Source: Thecamonas trahens ATCC 50062
Lineage: Eukaryota > Protista > Apusomonadida
DNA length: 64,000 nt
Reading direction: 5' to 3'
NCBI RefSeq assembly: GCF_000142905.1
Contig: NW_013657677.1
Location: forward strand, 310,001-374,000
The position numbers and the translations under genes are program-made. The notes under the pieces were generated by a model. That model was not told the origin of the DNA. It did no database searches and saw only the letters and a list, made by a program, of their open reading frames with translations. Shown here in pieces: positions 44,266 through 56,200 of the stretch (position 1 is the first letter of the stretch; every line of letters starts with the position of its first letter).

Positions 44266-47200
44266 TTACTTCCCTGCCTTCTTACGGCCCTTGGAGCGAC
44301 CGCGCTTGGCGCGCTTGGAGCGCTCCGCAGCCTTGGCGGCCTTCGTCCGCTTGGCCTCGCGCTCCATGGTGCCGATGTCGACCGAAGCCTTCTTGGCCGA
44401 CGAAGGGGCGGCGTCGCGCTTGCGCTTGCGGGTGGAGGCGATGGAGACCGAGGAGGGGACGGCGCCGGTGCCGGCGGCGGCACCGAGTGCCTCATCCCAA
44501 TCTTCGTTGCGCCCGGCGATGGTGTACTGCGCGAGCGACTCGTCGCGGAGGAGCTCAGCGACGCGCTCGGAGCTCTGGCCGACGTCCATGGCGGCGGTGG
44601 TGTCAGCGTACTTGGCAGTGGCCGAGGGCAGCTCCTCGGCGACGTGGGCCTCCTGAATGGCACGCAGGGCCTTTTCAAGAGCCTTAATGCCCTGCGCAAA
44701 GAGGGCAAGGATCTGCGCCGACGGGCGCTTCAGCTGGGCCACGACCTCGTCGACGGTGTGGTGCTGAGCGCCGACAGCAAGGAGGATGGCCGCCTGCGTC
44801 ACGCGGAGCTTGGCGTCTGGGATGCGGTCGAGAAAGTAGAGACGCGCAATCTTGGCGATGAGGTCCATGACCACATGGTAGTCGACGAGCGAGAGGGCGT
44901 AGACCTGCAGGCGCTTGAGGTCGTGCTCGGAAAAGTGGACAAGGAGCTCGCTGTAGCCGAGCGGAGGAATGAGACCGTCGAGGTCGAGCGTCCGCGGCGG
45001 CGAGAGGACCGAGAGAGCGAGTGCCGGCGGGAGCGTCTTAAAGTTGAACGAGAGGAGCTCAAAGAAGCGAGCCCGAAAGTCAAGAAAGTACTGCTGGATC
45101 CAGTTGTCGGCGACGGACGAGCCGCCGGCGGCCGACGGGAGCGGGCGGAGCATGATGCACGTGTGCTCGCCGGTCATCTCGTTGGCGGTCTGACGGACGT
45201 AAACCGGCACAAACGCGCCGCGCTTCCAAAAGTTGAACAGGCCTTGGGTCATGCCGTACGAGACACCGACGTAGTCGAGCCGCTCCGGCGCGCGCTGCGA
45301 GACCGGAACCAGCAGCGGCGGGACGTCCTTCCGCGGCTTGACCTTTTCCTTCAGCAGCGACGTGGTCGACGAGCTTCCCCGGCCTCCATTCTGCGCCTCG
45401 TCGCCGGCGGTCGGATCAAAGGGAGCAAGCGTCGAGAGGTTTCCGGTGTAGTACTCGGTGAGGAGCTCGAGCGCGCGCGAGCCGTAGCCCATGCGCGTGT
45501 ACTCGGGATGGGTAGCGATGCGGACGACGCGGGCGCCCGAGAGCGAGGCAAAGTCATTGTCCTGGAACTGCTGCGCCACGGTCCACGGGATGAGGTCGCC
45601 GGAGCCGCGCTTGCCGCGGGCGAGCGACGACATGACCGACGCCCGCGAGATGCGGCCTTCGAGACAGACCTGGATGACGGCGAGGACCTCGGGGAGCTCG
45701 GGCGACGACGGGTCGACCGGCGGGAGGAGGACAAAGAGCCGGTGCGCTGGCGCGTCCGACATGAGCTGCAGGTCGTTCGGCGTGTTCTTGTAGTGCGAAG
45801 CCACATAGAGCGCCATCATACGCTGCAGAAAGGCCTCCGAGCCGGCGTGGTACGAGAAAAGCGCGTCGCGGTCGACGCAGTACAGCTCGCACTCGGACGG
45901 GTGCGGCGTCCGCGCGCCGAGCCGCGGAATCGGCTTGACGTCAAGGCAGAGGAGGCTGTGGAGCCACGACTCGACGGCGTCGTCCTCGCCGTACCGAATC
46001 GGCTCCTTGAGGGTGATCTCGCGGAGGGCCCGCCCCAGCGCCATGCCCTCGTTGCCCTCGGTGGCCGACGAGCCGGCGGCGAGGCCTGCGGCCTGCTCGC
46101 GCAGCTTCTTGATGAGCTTGAGCGAGAGCGAGCGCCCGGTTCCCTCATAGCCGTTGACGGTCGAGGCGAGGAAGACGAGGTAGTTTCCGAGCAGCGCCTT
46201 GACGTGCTGGATGGGGATGGCGGCAGCCTCATCAATGACCACCAGCTCGGCCTGCCCAAGCTTGTCCGAGTCCTGCGGAAGAATGTACTGGACGGTCTGG
46301 CGGTGGTCGCGGAAAACGTTGATCCGCGTCACCGCGGCGTACGACTCGTCGTCCATCTTGGACGCCACCACGTTAAAGTCGGCCGTCTCCTCAAAGCCGA
46401 GCGCCTTGAGTCCGAGAACAACAAACTCAAAGAGTGTGGTCAAGTTCTCGGGCGACGGCGAGGTGACAAAGATGTTCGAGTACCCGTAGCCAATCGCTGC
46501 CGCAATGGCGAGGCCGAGCGCAGCAGACTTACCGCGGCCACGGGCCGCGGTCAGTGTCACTGTCGACCGGAGCGTCTTCTCGGAAATGGCCTCGACAAAG
46601 ACAAGCAGGGCGCGGGCCTGGTCGAGCGTCCGCGCCGTCTCCACCAGCGCGCCAACAGGCTGCTCCTCGGCGAGCGAGATCTTGACCTCCTTGAGCTCGC
46701 GGGCAGCGGCAGACTCCTGGATCGAGAGCGCAAGCGCCGTGTCGTCTTCATGCTTGCCAAGCATGCCGTTTTTGCGCGCTTCGGCCAACGCCTCCTCCTT
46801 CAGCGACTTGATGTTGCGGATGTGCGAGGAGATGGGCAGGACGTTGAGCTCCTCGTCGACCACAAGGGTCATCGGGCACGAGGCGAGCGAGAGAATGAAC
46901 CGCTCGTTAAACCGCGGGACAACCTGAGAGTACGCTTCGGTCCGGTAGCGCGAGTGGACGTCCATGGTCATCGAGTAGAGCGACGAGAGTGAGGCCATGT
47001 TCTTGAGGAGCATGATGACCAGGCCACCGCCCTCGACGGTCTCGATGGTGCGGGCGAGGATGTTGGGGGTGAGGGCCTCAAAGTCCTGCAGGACGAGCAT
47101 GCCGTAGGTGTTACCCAGGGTCTTGGTCGTCTCCTTGTAGTAGCAGAAGCGGATGTCGTTGGACGAGATGAAAAGCTCAAAGGGATCAGTCGCCTCGGGA

Positions 47201-47627
47201 TCGAGGGTGCCCTGCTTGATCTTGCGCTTAATCTCTCGCATGCGCTTGCGTCGGTTCGAGGAGAAGCCCAGGTCCTTCTTGTAGCACCACAGCACCTTGC
47301 GCCGCGTCTTGACCGAGCACTTGGACAGGATGTAGTGGAGGTTAACAATCTGCTCACGTTGCTTGTCCGTGAGTCTCCGCCCCCCCCCTCTGTAACCCCT
47401 CCACTCCCCTCGCCACCCGCCCCGGGATGGGCCAGGATCCACTCGCGCCGCCATCCTGCCCCCTCTCCCTCTGGCACCGCTAGCCCTCGCTGCCCACACC
47501 CATGCACACTCGCACCTACCTGGTTGCGGTTCTTGTCGCCCACCACTACAAACATCGACCGGTGGCCCTTGTACACTCCATTCTCGATGAGCGTCCGGAT
47601 CCGCGAGTCGATCTTCTTCAGCGGCAT
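44266..47627 (-). CDS. NAT10: RNA cytidine acetyltransferase NAT10/Kre33 (exons 47627-47520, 47349-44266)
   Basis: KKIDSRIRTLIENG, VLWCYKK, LQDFEALTPN.LARTIETVEGGG, TAARGRGKSAALG, DEAAAIP, GYEGTGRSL, SHYKNTPNDLQ, RIATHP...GYGSRAL. Confidence 0.98.
47350..47519 (-). other. Spliceosomal intron (G-rich)
   Basis: GTAGGT...GACTCAC...AGCAG; joins RNQ|IVNLH. Confidence 0.9.
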
Positions 47628-47855
47628 GGTCACCTGGCGCCGGCTAGAGACAACTTGCCGCCGCTCCGCGCCCGCCGCTCGCCCACCACCCTCGGGCTCT
47701 CTCCACCCCCACCCGCCCGCCCCCAATAGGCAACATCGGCTTGGCGCGGGGAAATTCGGATAGAGCTCTGTACTTTGGGGGGTGAGGAGGCTGGCGTCAT
47801 CGAGTCGCACGTGATGTGTTTTGCTTTGATGTGTGTGCGGCGCTGGAGCCGCGGC

Positions 47856-49534
47856 TCACATGAGCGAGAGGGCGCGGTCCGGGTCGTCGCCGACCTCGCC
47901 GCCCGACGTGCCGGCGGCAGCGGCAGCCGAGGCTGCGACGGCCGATGAGACGATGATGTCGGCGGCCGAGTCGCGGGCCGGGACAGCTGCGAGATCGCCG
48001 CCCGACGCGGCAAAGGTCTTGCGGAAGGCGAGGTACTTGATGATGTCGTAGCCGAGGGCGAGGAGCGAGTCGTTGACGGCGACGCCAGCCTCGTCCTCAG
48101 AGACGGTCGAGAGGAGAGCGTTGACCTCGTGCGGGGCAAAGACAATGTCGTCGTTGGCACGGAGGAGGGCGGCGACCTCGGCACGCGACATCTCGCGCGA
48201 CGAGCCAAACGAGATCTTGAGGAAGGTCTTGATGTCGACCTCGCCAAGATCGACGACTGCGTGCTTGCGGACGTACTTTGCGTACTGGACCGCCGACGCC
48301 ATGTCGTTGAGCTGGGCGGCAAGCATCGGCCCGGCCACAGACGCCAGGTCCGCGTACGAGATAAAGCCTGCGTCGTCCTCGTCGACGGCCGAGAGCAGCT
48401 CGTAGATGCAAAAGTGGGTGAGGCCGAGGCCCGACCGCATAAGCAGGTTGCGGGCGAGGATGCGGTGCATAAAGCCCGACGCGTCCGGATCGTTGGACTG
48501 GAAGGTGTCGAGGAGGGCGTCGCGCCACTCGGGCGACGACATGGTAGCTCCGGGCGTGCCAAGCGTGGTGTTGACGTAGTAGCGCACAATGTCAAAGGCC
48601 TTGGGCAGAAAGACGGCGTACGTGACCATGCCCTCAGCGTTCTCGTCAGCCGCGTGCATCAGCATGTTCACCTCCTTGCGGGTAAAGCCGACAGCGCAGC
48701 CAGCCAGCGCCCGGCGGAGTTCCGACCGCGACATCATGCCCGAGTTGTGCGGATCGACCGAGAAGAAACAGTCCTCCAGCAAGCGATCAAAGTCCTCGCG
48801 GTGCATACCGCGGCCGACGAGGACGTCGACAGGCGCGTCGGAGATGCCGACACTCCCCGCCGGCGCCTCGTACATGCTCGTGATAACCTTGACCGCCTTG
48901 TCCACAAACTGCGTGTTGGCATACTCGATCATCCCATAGTCGTTCTCCTCCGCATCCGCCATCACCCGCTGGATCTGCGTCTCGTTGAGCTCCAGACGTG
49001 GGTCACGGAAGATCTGTACCCCTCCACACGGCCCAACCCCAAATACTCTACTGTAAGTCGCTCCCTTGTCCCGATCCTGCCGCTTCTCTCTCACGGCAGC
49101 GTGGTAGCGGGCGCTGCGCAGCCAGCGTGGTAGCGGGCGCTGCGCAGCCAGCAGCCGCCCGTCTCTCGGCCACCGTCCAGTCCAACGGCCCAACCCGCCC
49201 GGGAAGGAATGAGGGAGGAAGGGAAGACGTACCTCTGCAAAGCGGGCATGATGGAGGAAGCCATTGCGCTGCTCGTCCTGGGGAGGAAGCCATTGCGCTG
49301 CTCGTCCTGGGCCAGGAATGCGTCCATAAGCAGCTCGCGCAGCTCTGTCGGCTGCAGGTGGGTAGGCGCAGCCGTCGGCGGAGGCGCCGTCCGCTCCTCC
49401 AGCTTGGAGGCAAAGAAGTGGGCCCCAAAGTGGTAGATGTTGGACGGCTGCGTCCGCAGGACCTCGCGGGTAAAGTCCTGCACCAGGTACTGGAACCCTG
49501 CCGGAATTGTGAGGTCCGGTTGGTACCGCGACAT
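47856..49534 (-). CDS. RIIa dimerisation/docking domain plus multiple EF-hands (radial spoke protein RSP7-like); exons 49534-49233, 49013-47856
   Basis: IPAGF..LV.DFTREVLRTQP.NIY.FGA.FF; EF-like loops DPHNSGMMSRSE, DENAEGMVTYAV, DPDASGFM, DEDDAGFISY. Exon 1 is frameshifted by a 29-bp tandem duplication. Confidence 0.8.
49014..49232 (-). other. Spliceosomal intron
   Basis: GTACGT...GACTTAC...TACAG, phase 0. Confidence 0.8.
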
Positions 49535-49723
49535 GGCTGTGAGTGGCGTGTGTGCGGCTGTGTGGGTGGGGTGGGGGGTGGGAGGGGGAGGCCGAACGGT
49601 TGGCAGCCGACCAACTGACGGCCAGCGCCCGAGTCGCTGGGCGTTTCCCGGGGGGGAAGGGGGGGAGGGGGGTGGAGGATCGCATTTACTTGCACCTCTT
49701 ACGCGACGTCTTATGCGCTCATA

Positions 49724-50746
49724 TTATAGAGACTGTATGAGGTTGAGCAGCAGCTCGAGCATGGCACAGCCAAACTGCGAACCAAGGATGCAGACGATGA
49801 GCGCGATCCAGAACCAGGCACAGAGAAACATGACGCAGCACCACACGCCAGCGTCCTCGGAGAGATTGAACATGTCTATGATGCCGCCAGTTACAGCCTC
49901 GAATGCTCCGGCGCAGCCACCGAGGCAGATGGCGAGGCAGCGGAGTGGCGGCGAAGCCGCAGCGGCAAGGCCGGCCTTGATGCGCCGCCACAACCGGCCG
50001 TAGCGCGGGAGGAATCGTGCGAGCCGGCGGACAGGCCCATGGAGGGCAAGGCTACTCGCCTGCGCATCGTCGAGATAGTACCGCTCGGTGGCGACGAGAT
50101 GGACAAAGGAGAGCCGCGCATAGTGGGTAAAGGCCAGAGTGAAGAGCACGGCGCCGGTGAGGACCGCCATCACAGCAAAGGCGCGGTACTTGGCGATCGA
50201 CTCGGCCTTGCACTTGGAGTTGGAGACGTTGCAGAGGGCGGTGACTCTGCGCGGGACAATGACAGCAAAGACGAGACACGCGGCGAGGCCAAGGACGGTA
50301 AAGGTGAGCAGGAGTAGAAAGTAGGCTTGCCCGACCCGGATCCGGGTCAGCGGCGACAGCGGGAAGAGCAGCGCGGTTCCGGTGGCAAACACAACCAACG
50401 ATGCCAAGTTGCCGGCAAAGAAGACGCCAAACGAGCGCCCGGCCGCCAGCGACGCCACGATCACCGCCATGTTGCACACGAGGAGAAAGGCGGCAAAGGC
50501 GCCGGCCCGCCAGCGCAGCGCGTGCATGGCCTCCTGATCCACTCGCCGCATGCCCTCTGCGTCATCGATGCCCAGATTCAGCAGCCGTCGGTTCGAGGTG
50601 GCGAGTCCATCGACTCCTGTTGCGTAGCAGTGGTCGTAGGCGATGTCGTCGTAGTCGGGCGGCGAGAGGAGGGCCGTGTCGTAGTCGGGAGGCACCGCTG
50701 GCCGTGACGCGGCCTCGAACCCGTCGTAAGATGGAGGCGAGGCCAT
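49724..50746 (-). CDS. Multi-pass membrane protein with three N-terminal PPxY motifs
   Basis: PPSY, PPDY, PPDY, then four hydrophobic helices and a Cys-rich C-terminal hydrophobic segment. Confidence 0.75.
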   Translation of the reverse strand: MASPPSYDGFEAASRPAVPPDYDTALLSPPDYDDIAYDHCYATGVDGLATSNRRLLNLGIDDAEGMRRVDQEAMHALRWRAGAFAAFLLVCNMAVIVASLAAGRSFGVFFAGNLASLVVFATGTALLFPLSPLTRIRVGQAYFLLLLTFTVLGLAACLVFAVIVPRRVTALCNVSNSKCKAESIAKYRAFAVMAVLTGAVLFTLAFTHYARLSFVHLVATERYYLDDAQASSLALHGPVRRLARFLPRYGRLWRRIKAGLAAAASPPLRCLAICLGGCAGAFEAVTGGIIDMFNLSEDAGVWCCVMFLCAWFWIALIVCILGSQFGCAMLELLLNLIQSL

Positions 50747-51098
50747 AGCGTATGTCGCAGTGTCGTCAGCGGCGGGTGTTAGTATGTGCGGGGTCGGTGG
50801 GTGGGGAGGGGGGTGTTGGGAGGGGGGAGGGGTCACGTGTGTTGTTGGCTCAGCAGGCCACGGCCAGTGAGCGACTAGGCTACCCGGTTGGTGTTGGCAC
50901 CAGATCAGGTCAGCATCGGGCTAGCATGTGGGTACTGCGATGACCTCGAAGCTCTTTCCGCCCCAAACCATCTCACCTCTTCCCCCCCCCCCCCCCCCCC
51001 TCCTAATACCCTCTTCCTCTCATAGACAGCGAACGAATGAGTGTACAACACTGAGCATACGGACAAGGTGCGGAACAGAGGCAGGCAGATCGATGAGC

Positions 51099-52645
51099 CT
51101 ACTCGGCCACGAGCGCGACATCCTCCGCGTCAGGGATAGGGTCAGGGACGGCGCAGACCGAAGCGGCTCCCTCGGCAAAGGAGCGGTAGAGCTCGAAGGG
51201 GGTGCGTGCAAAGGGCAGCTCGCGGTATGGCATGCCGTGCTTGGCGGCAAAGTCCTTGACAGCCGGCTGGATGGCGCGGAAGTGGCAGCGTGCGACCTTG
51301 GGGAAGAGGTGGTGCTCGATGTGCAGGTGGAGGCCGACGTGGAACCAGTCAAGCCAGCGCGGCGAGGGCACATTGTGGGTGACCTGGCAGGTCCAGCGGA
51401 CAAAGTCGTGGGCGACGTTCTCGTCGAGCCCCCACTCGTTGATGTAGTGGTTGATGATGAGTTGCATGTGCAGGACGCCCTCGCCAACAGCAGCGGTAGC
51501 GTAAAAGACCGCCACATCGCGCCACGACGGCAGGTAGCTGAAGAGCACCGCCGTGGCGGCAAAGTGGATGACAAAGCCGGACCACTGGCGAACGGTCCGC
51601 TCGTGCTTCCAAGCATTGATGAGGATGCCGATGCGGCCAAGGAAGAAGACAGCAGGCAGAAAGTATATGTGTTGGTATGAGAGGAGCCACTTGAACGGCG
51701 CGTCCGAGGGAAGAGCGGGACCACATCGAGCGCTTGCGCCCAAATGTCCTCCTTCATCTGGATGTCGACCGCGTATGCCTGCACCACATTGCGCGGATTC
51801 TCCAACGGCAGGACCGGGAGTCCGAGCTCGTGCGGCTGTGTCGAGCTCGGCGACGACGACCGCGCGTCCGACGACGACCGCGGGCGCCGCTCCACAAGAT
51901 CAGCCGCACGCTTCTCCACCGCCGACGAGGCCTCCGACGGGCCGGGCGGGACCGACTTGGCGGCCTCGGTCTCCTCTGGGTGGACCAGAACCGCGTCTGG
52001 CACGCCATAGTCGCGAGCAAACGACGACTGCGTCTCGGGCGCTGTGGTGTACGCGTTGACAAGCGCGTGATGCAGATCGTGCTCGCGCTTCCACCAGTCC
52101 GAGTTGATGCCGATGGCGACGGTGCCAAAGAGCCAGCCCAGCCACCCGTCCAACGTCATGTTGTACGTCAGGTTCGAGTGCATGCAGTCGTGGAGAAAGC
52201 CGCCGCACTGCTGCCAGAACAGGGCCAGGGCCAGCCCGCCGAGCACAAACTGGTTCGCCGAGAGCACAAGCCAGAGCATGAGGGCGAAAAGGGCAGCGAC
52301 ACGGGAGAGGTTGATGACAAGCCACGAGGTCGAGGTGGAGAGAAAGCCCGCCTTGACAAAGGCCCGGGCCATGCGGGCGTACTCGGTCTTGACTGGGTCA
52401 GCAGTCCGTGTGTACGAGCCGACCTTGCACCCGGCAACCTGCTTCAGCACGCCGCCGCGTGGATGAAAGCTGACAAAGACCTCGGTGGCGTCCAAGCCGG
52501 CAAACTTCCACAGCAAGTCGCCTCCCGGGTGCTGTGGGATAAAGTCAGTGACATCATACCACGACCCGTGGATGCCAATGACACACCGCTTGGACCGTGC
52601 GTGGCTGTACGACGCTGGCGACGAGACAGACAGTGCAGGCGCCAT
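51099..52645 (-). CDS. Cytochrome b5-fused front-end fatty acid/sphingolipid desaturase
   Basis: HPGG haem motif; His boxes HDCMH, HDLHH, HIEHH(LFP). One C is missing at 51708-51710. Confidence 0.92.
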
Positions 52646-53290
52646 GGTGCAGAGGGGTGCTGACTGGCCAGGTGGTGCTGCCGTTTGATGACGAAAGAAA
52701 TGCGGTGCCACGTGCGGAAAAATGTCCAATTGATTGTTCGTGAACAACAGTGGCTCGTCTGGCTCCCAATATGGGGCTTGCATGTGCGTGAATGCGGCTC
52801 ATGGGTTTTGTCACGGCTGATGGAGCGTTGCCCGAGCGGCGTTATAGCGGCGGATCGGCATTTGGACGTCGGGTGGTGCGGTGCATCGGGACGTTGTGAT
52901 GGAGTTATTGGGGGGGGAGGGGGGGAGCAAAGAGGGGGGGGGGGGGGGGGGGGGGGGGTTCGGCATCGCTGGCCATCCCGTGAGAGGCGGTAGGCAATGG
53001 CTAGTGGGTAGGGCAAGGAGAGGCTGGGAAAAACGGTGCGAGTTCAATTGGCGCAACAACGACAGCAAAGGCAGCCACTGCGCAGGGGGATATCCCCCGC
53101 AGCACTTATGAACCCTAATCGGTGCGGTCGTTCGGACGCGTTGTTGCGCGTCTCAAAGTGAACATCTCGATGATGCTTGACTTCCAGGTCACCGGCCGAC
53201 GCTGCGCGACGCCTGCTTGGCCTGCGGCCTGAGGTGGGAGGCGCGCCCGCGCGTGATAGCGGCCGACACGGAGACGCATGGATTAAAGCG

Positions 53291-56200
53291 TTATGCCAGC
53301 AGATCCAGAACCTCGGACTGGATGTAGCGCATAAACTTGGCGATGGCCTCGTTGGGGTCGACGGCCATGGCCGACGACGCCTGCTTTTGGTTGATGCCGA
53401 GAGCGGCGGCGATGGTGAGGCCGGACGAGACGGCGGCCGAGACAAACGAGGTGCCGGCGAGGGCCGACATGCCGAGGAGGAGGAAGACGACGGTGGCGAT
53501 GAGGAGCGCGGTCGAGACAATGATCATGGCGACAATGGCGCGCATGGAGAGGCCAAAGAGGGCCATGACTCGCCGGACAGCCTCGGAGACGCGGGCGGCG
53601 ACCTCGGCCGTCCGTGCCCGTGCTTGGTTGACGGCCGCCAGCGCCTCGGCCTTGCGCTGCTGGAACTTGGCCTGCGCGTTCTTCTCGATCGACTCGCGCT
53701 TGCGTTGAATGGCGCGCTCGGCGTCGCCACGCGCCTGGTCGCGCATGGCCTTGGCGCGCTTAGCCAGCTCGGCCTGCCGCGAGCGCATCTCCTTGCGCAC
53801 CCGCTTCGAGTACTCCTTGTCCTTGCCCATGCGGGCGCGCACCTTTTCGCGCATCTCGCCGATCCGCACCGTCAGCTCGTTGATGTCCTCGTCGACCGCG
53901 TCGCCGAGCTGCCCGCGGAGTGCGGCAAGTTCGGCACGTGCCGGCGAGTCGTTGGTTGCCACAGTCCGCACCGCGAGGCTGGCGAGGTTGAAGCTGCTTT
54001 GCGTGCCCTCCTCGTTCTTGCTGCCCTCCTTCTCGTACATCGACTCAAGCGTCTCCACCGTCGCACCGATGTTTCGGGGAAGGAACTTTTGCACGCTCTC
54101 GGGCACAAAGACCTTGATCGACTGCCCGCCTGTAGAGGTGTTGGTGGTAAAGTTCCACACGGTCTGGAAGAGCGAGCAGTCCATACCGCTTGCCAGCTGC
54201 TCGAGCGTCTCGAACCGCAGCAGGCCATGGTTCTCCAGCAGCTCGTCGCGGAGCGCCCACGGGTCGACCTGCGCCGCCTTGAACATTGTCGACGCCGACG
54301 TCGCGATGAACCCAGCCTTGAGCTGGAAGAACAACGCGCCTGACGGCTCGACAACCGCTGGGTTGACGCCCATTGCCGTCACGCCGGCCATCGTCTTGCT
54401 GCTCACCTCGCCGTGAATAAGCTCAGACTGCAGCGCCGCGAGGCCAAGCCCCGCGCGCGCCAGCGCCTCTGCCACCCGCGGGTAGTGCAGGTCGAGCGTC
54501 TCGCGCGTCGTCGTCCGCAGCAAGTACATCAGCTCCTGGTCGAGGCGGTCGACATTGATGCCGGCGGATTCGAGCCCGCGCCGCATGTCCTCATCGAGGT
54601 ACGGGTCACGCCGCCCGCGCGTCGTCCCCTGCACATCCTTGTTGCTCAGCTGGTCCTCCAGCGCCGTCACGTTGACGCCGAACCGGGAGAGCTGCTGGAC
54701 GACATGGCTAAACTGCGGCTCAAACAGCGCGTTGACAATGTTCTCGTCACAGAGCTCGATGTTGTCAAAGACCGACACAGAGCTGCTCGTCTGCATCACC
54801 ATCCGGAACGCAGTCTTGACCCGCGGCGGAATGATGCCCTGCCGCATGACCTCACGCATGAGATGGCCAATGAGCGAGTTGACGTACAGATCCGTGGGCT
54901 GAAGGCCAAACGCGTCACGCACCTTGCCGCGGTACTCGCTCGAGACAAAGCCTACCCGAAGCTGGTGAAGCAGCGGCGCACTCGTCTCGTCGTTGACCAG
55001 AATCGGCGAGGTGTCGACGCCCCACTCACGGAGATAGGAGACGGCACTGGACTCGAGCTCGCCCGAGCGCAGGCCGCTCACCACAGTCTCAATCCTGTAA
55101 TCCACAGAGGCCTTGTGCTGGTTCCGCGAAAACGGCGGAATCTCACCATCGCCCTGGAGAATGGCGTCGTTGCGCTGCTCCCGCTCGGCGAGTGCGTACA
55201 CGCGGTTGACGAGCGACGACGGAACAAAGCCCTGAATCAGCTGCTCGAGGACAGATTCAAGTTGCGATGCAGGCTCGAGCCCGCACTCGCGAAGCGCCGT
55301 GTACACCTCGGCCGGCATGAACGAGGTCTGCAGCGCGCCGCGAATGGCCGCAAGCGACACACTCGTCGTCTGCTGGAGCAGGGTCCGCAGCTTGGTCGGC
55401 GGGACCCATCCAGACTGAAGCGCAGAGAGCACGTCCGATGCCAAAAAGTCAACGTCGTAGCCAAGGTCTGCAAGCTTCTCGCGCACGCTCTGGCTCACGT
55501 AGCCGCGGCCCAGCTGGCGTTTGACGTCGAACAGCTCTAGGCCGCGCTTCTCCAAATCGTGGACCAGCTCGGCCGGCGGGTCCGACTCGACGTCCGACAC
55601 CATCTTGGTGAGAATCTGGTCCGCGCCCGAGACCCGTGCAAGCTTGGTCTGAAGCGCCGGCGGAAGCTCCTTCTTGATCACCGAAATCGGCCAGTCGGAC
55701 GCGTCCTCGAGCGAGTGCAGGGCGTGGAAGAGCTCGTACGGGTCGATGCTGTGCTTGCGGAGCTCAGCGTTGTCGGCCGCCGAAATGAACGACGAGTTGG
55801 CGAGCCGGTCAAAGATCATCCTCGAAAGAGAGGTGGTGTTGATGCCGGCAAAGGCCAGCGCCTTGCGGATATGGCTTGAGACGTACCCGGTCTGCACGCC
55901 AGTCTGGAGCTCAATGAGGAACTCATCCGGCGTGAGGTGCAGCGGGATGTCGACGCCGACAAGCTCGACGAGTGCGACTTCCAGGTCCGAGACTCCGGCG
56001 CCCGAGCCAAATGTGCCGAGCGCAATCTCGTCAAAGACGCGCCCATCGAGGAGCGCCGTGTTGAAGCCAACAATCTCAAGCTTGCGGAGGACGTCACTCG
56101 AGGCGAGGCCCGAGCGGAAGACGGTCTGCAGCTGGGGGACTGAGAGACCGACAGCCTTGATCTCGGCGGAAAACGCTGGCGAGACAGTGTCTTTTCGTGT

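Noticed and set aside
44257-46992. 911-aa + strand ORF and many similar long antisense ORFs (e.g. 32640-33809, 28784-29695)
   Set aside because: Antisense shadows of real genes caused by GC-rich codon bias; no recognisable motifs.
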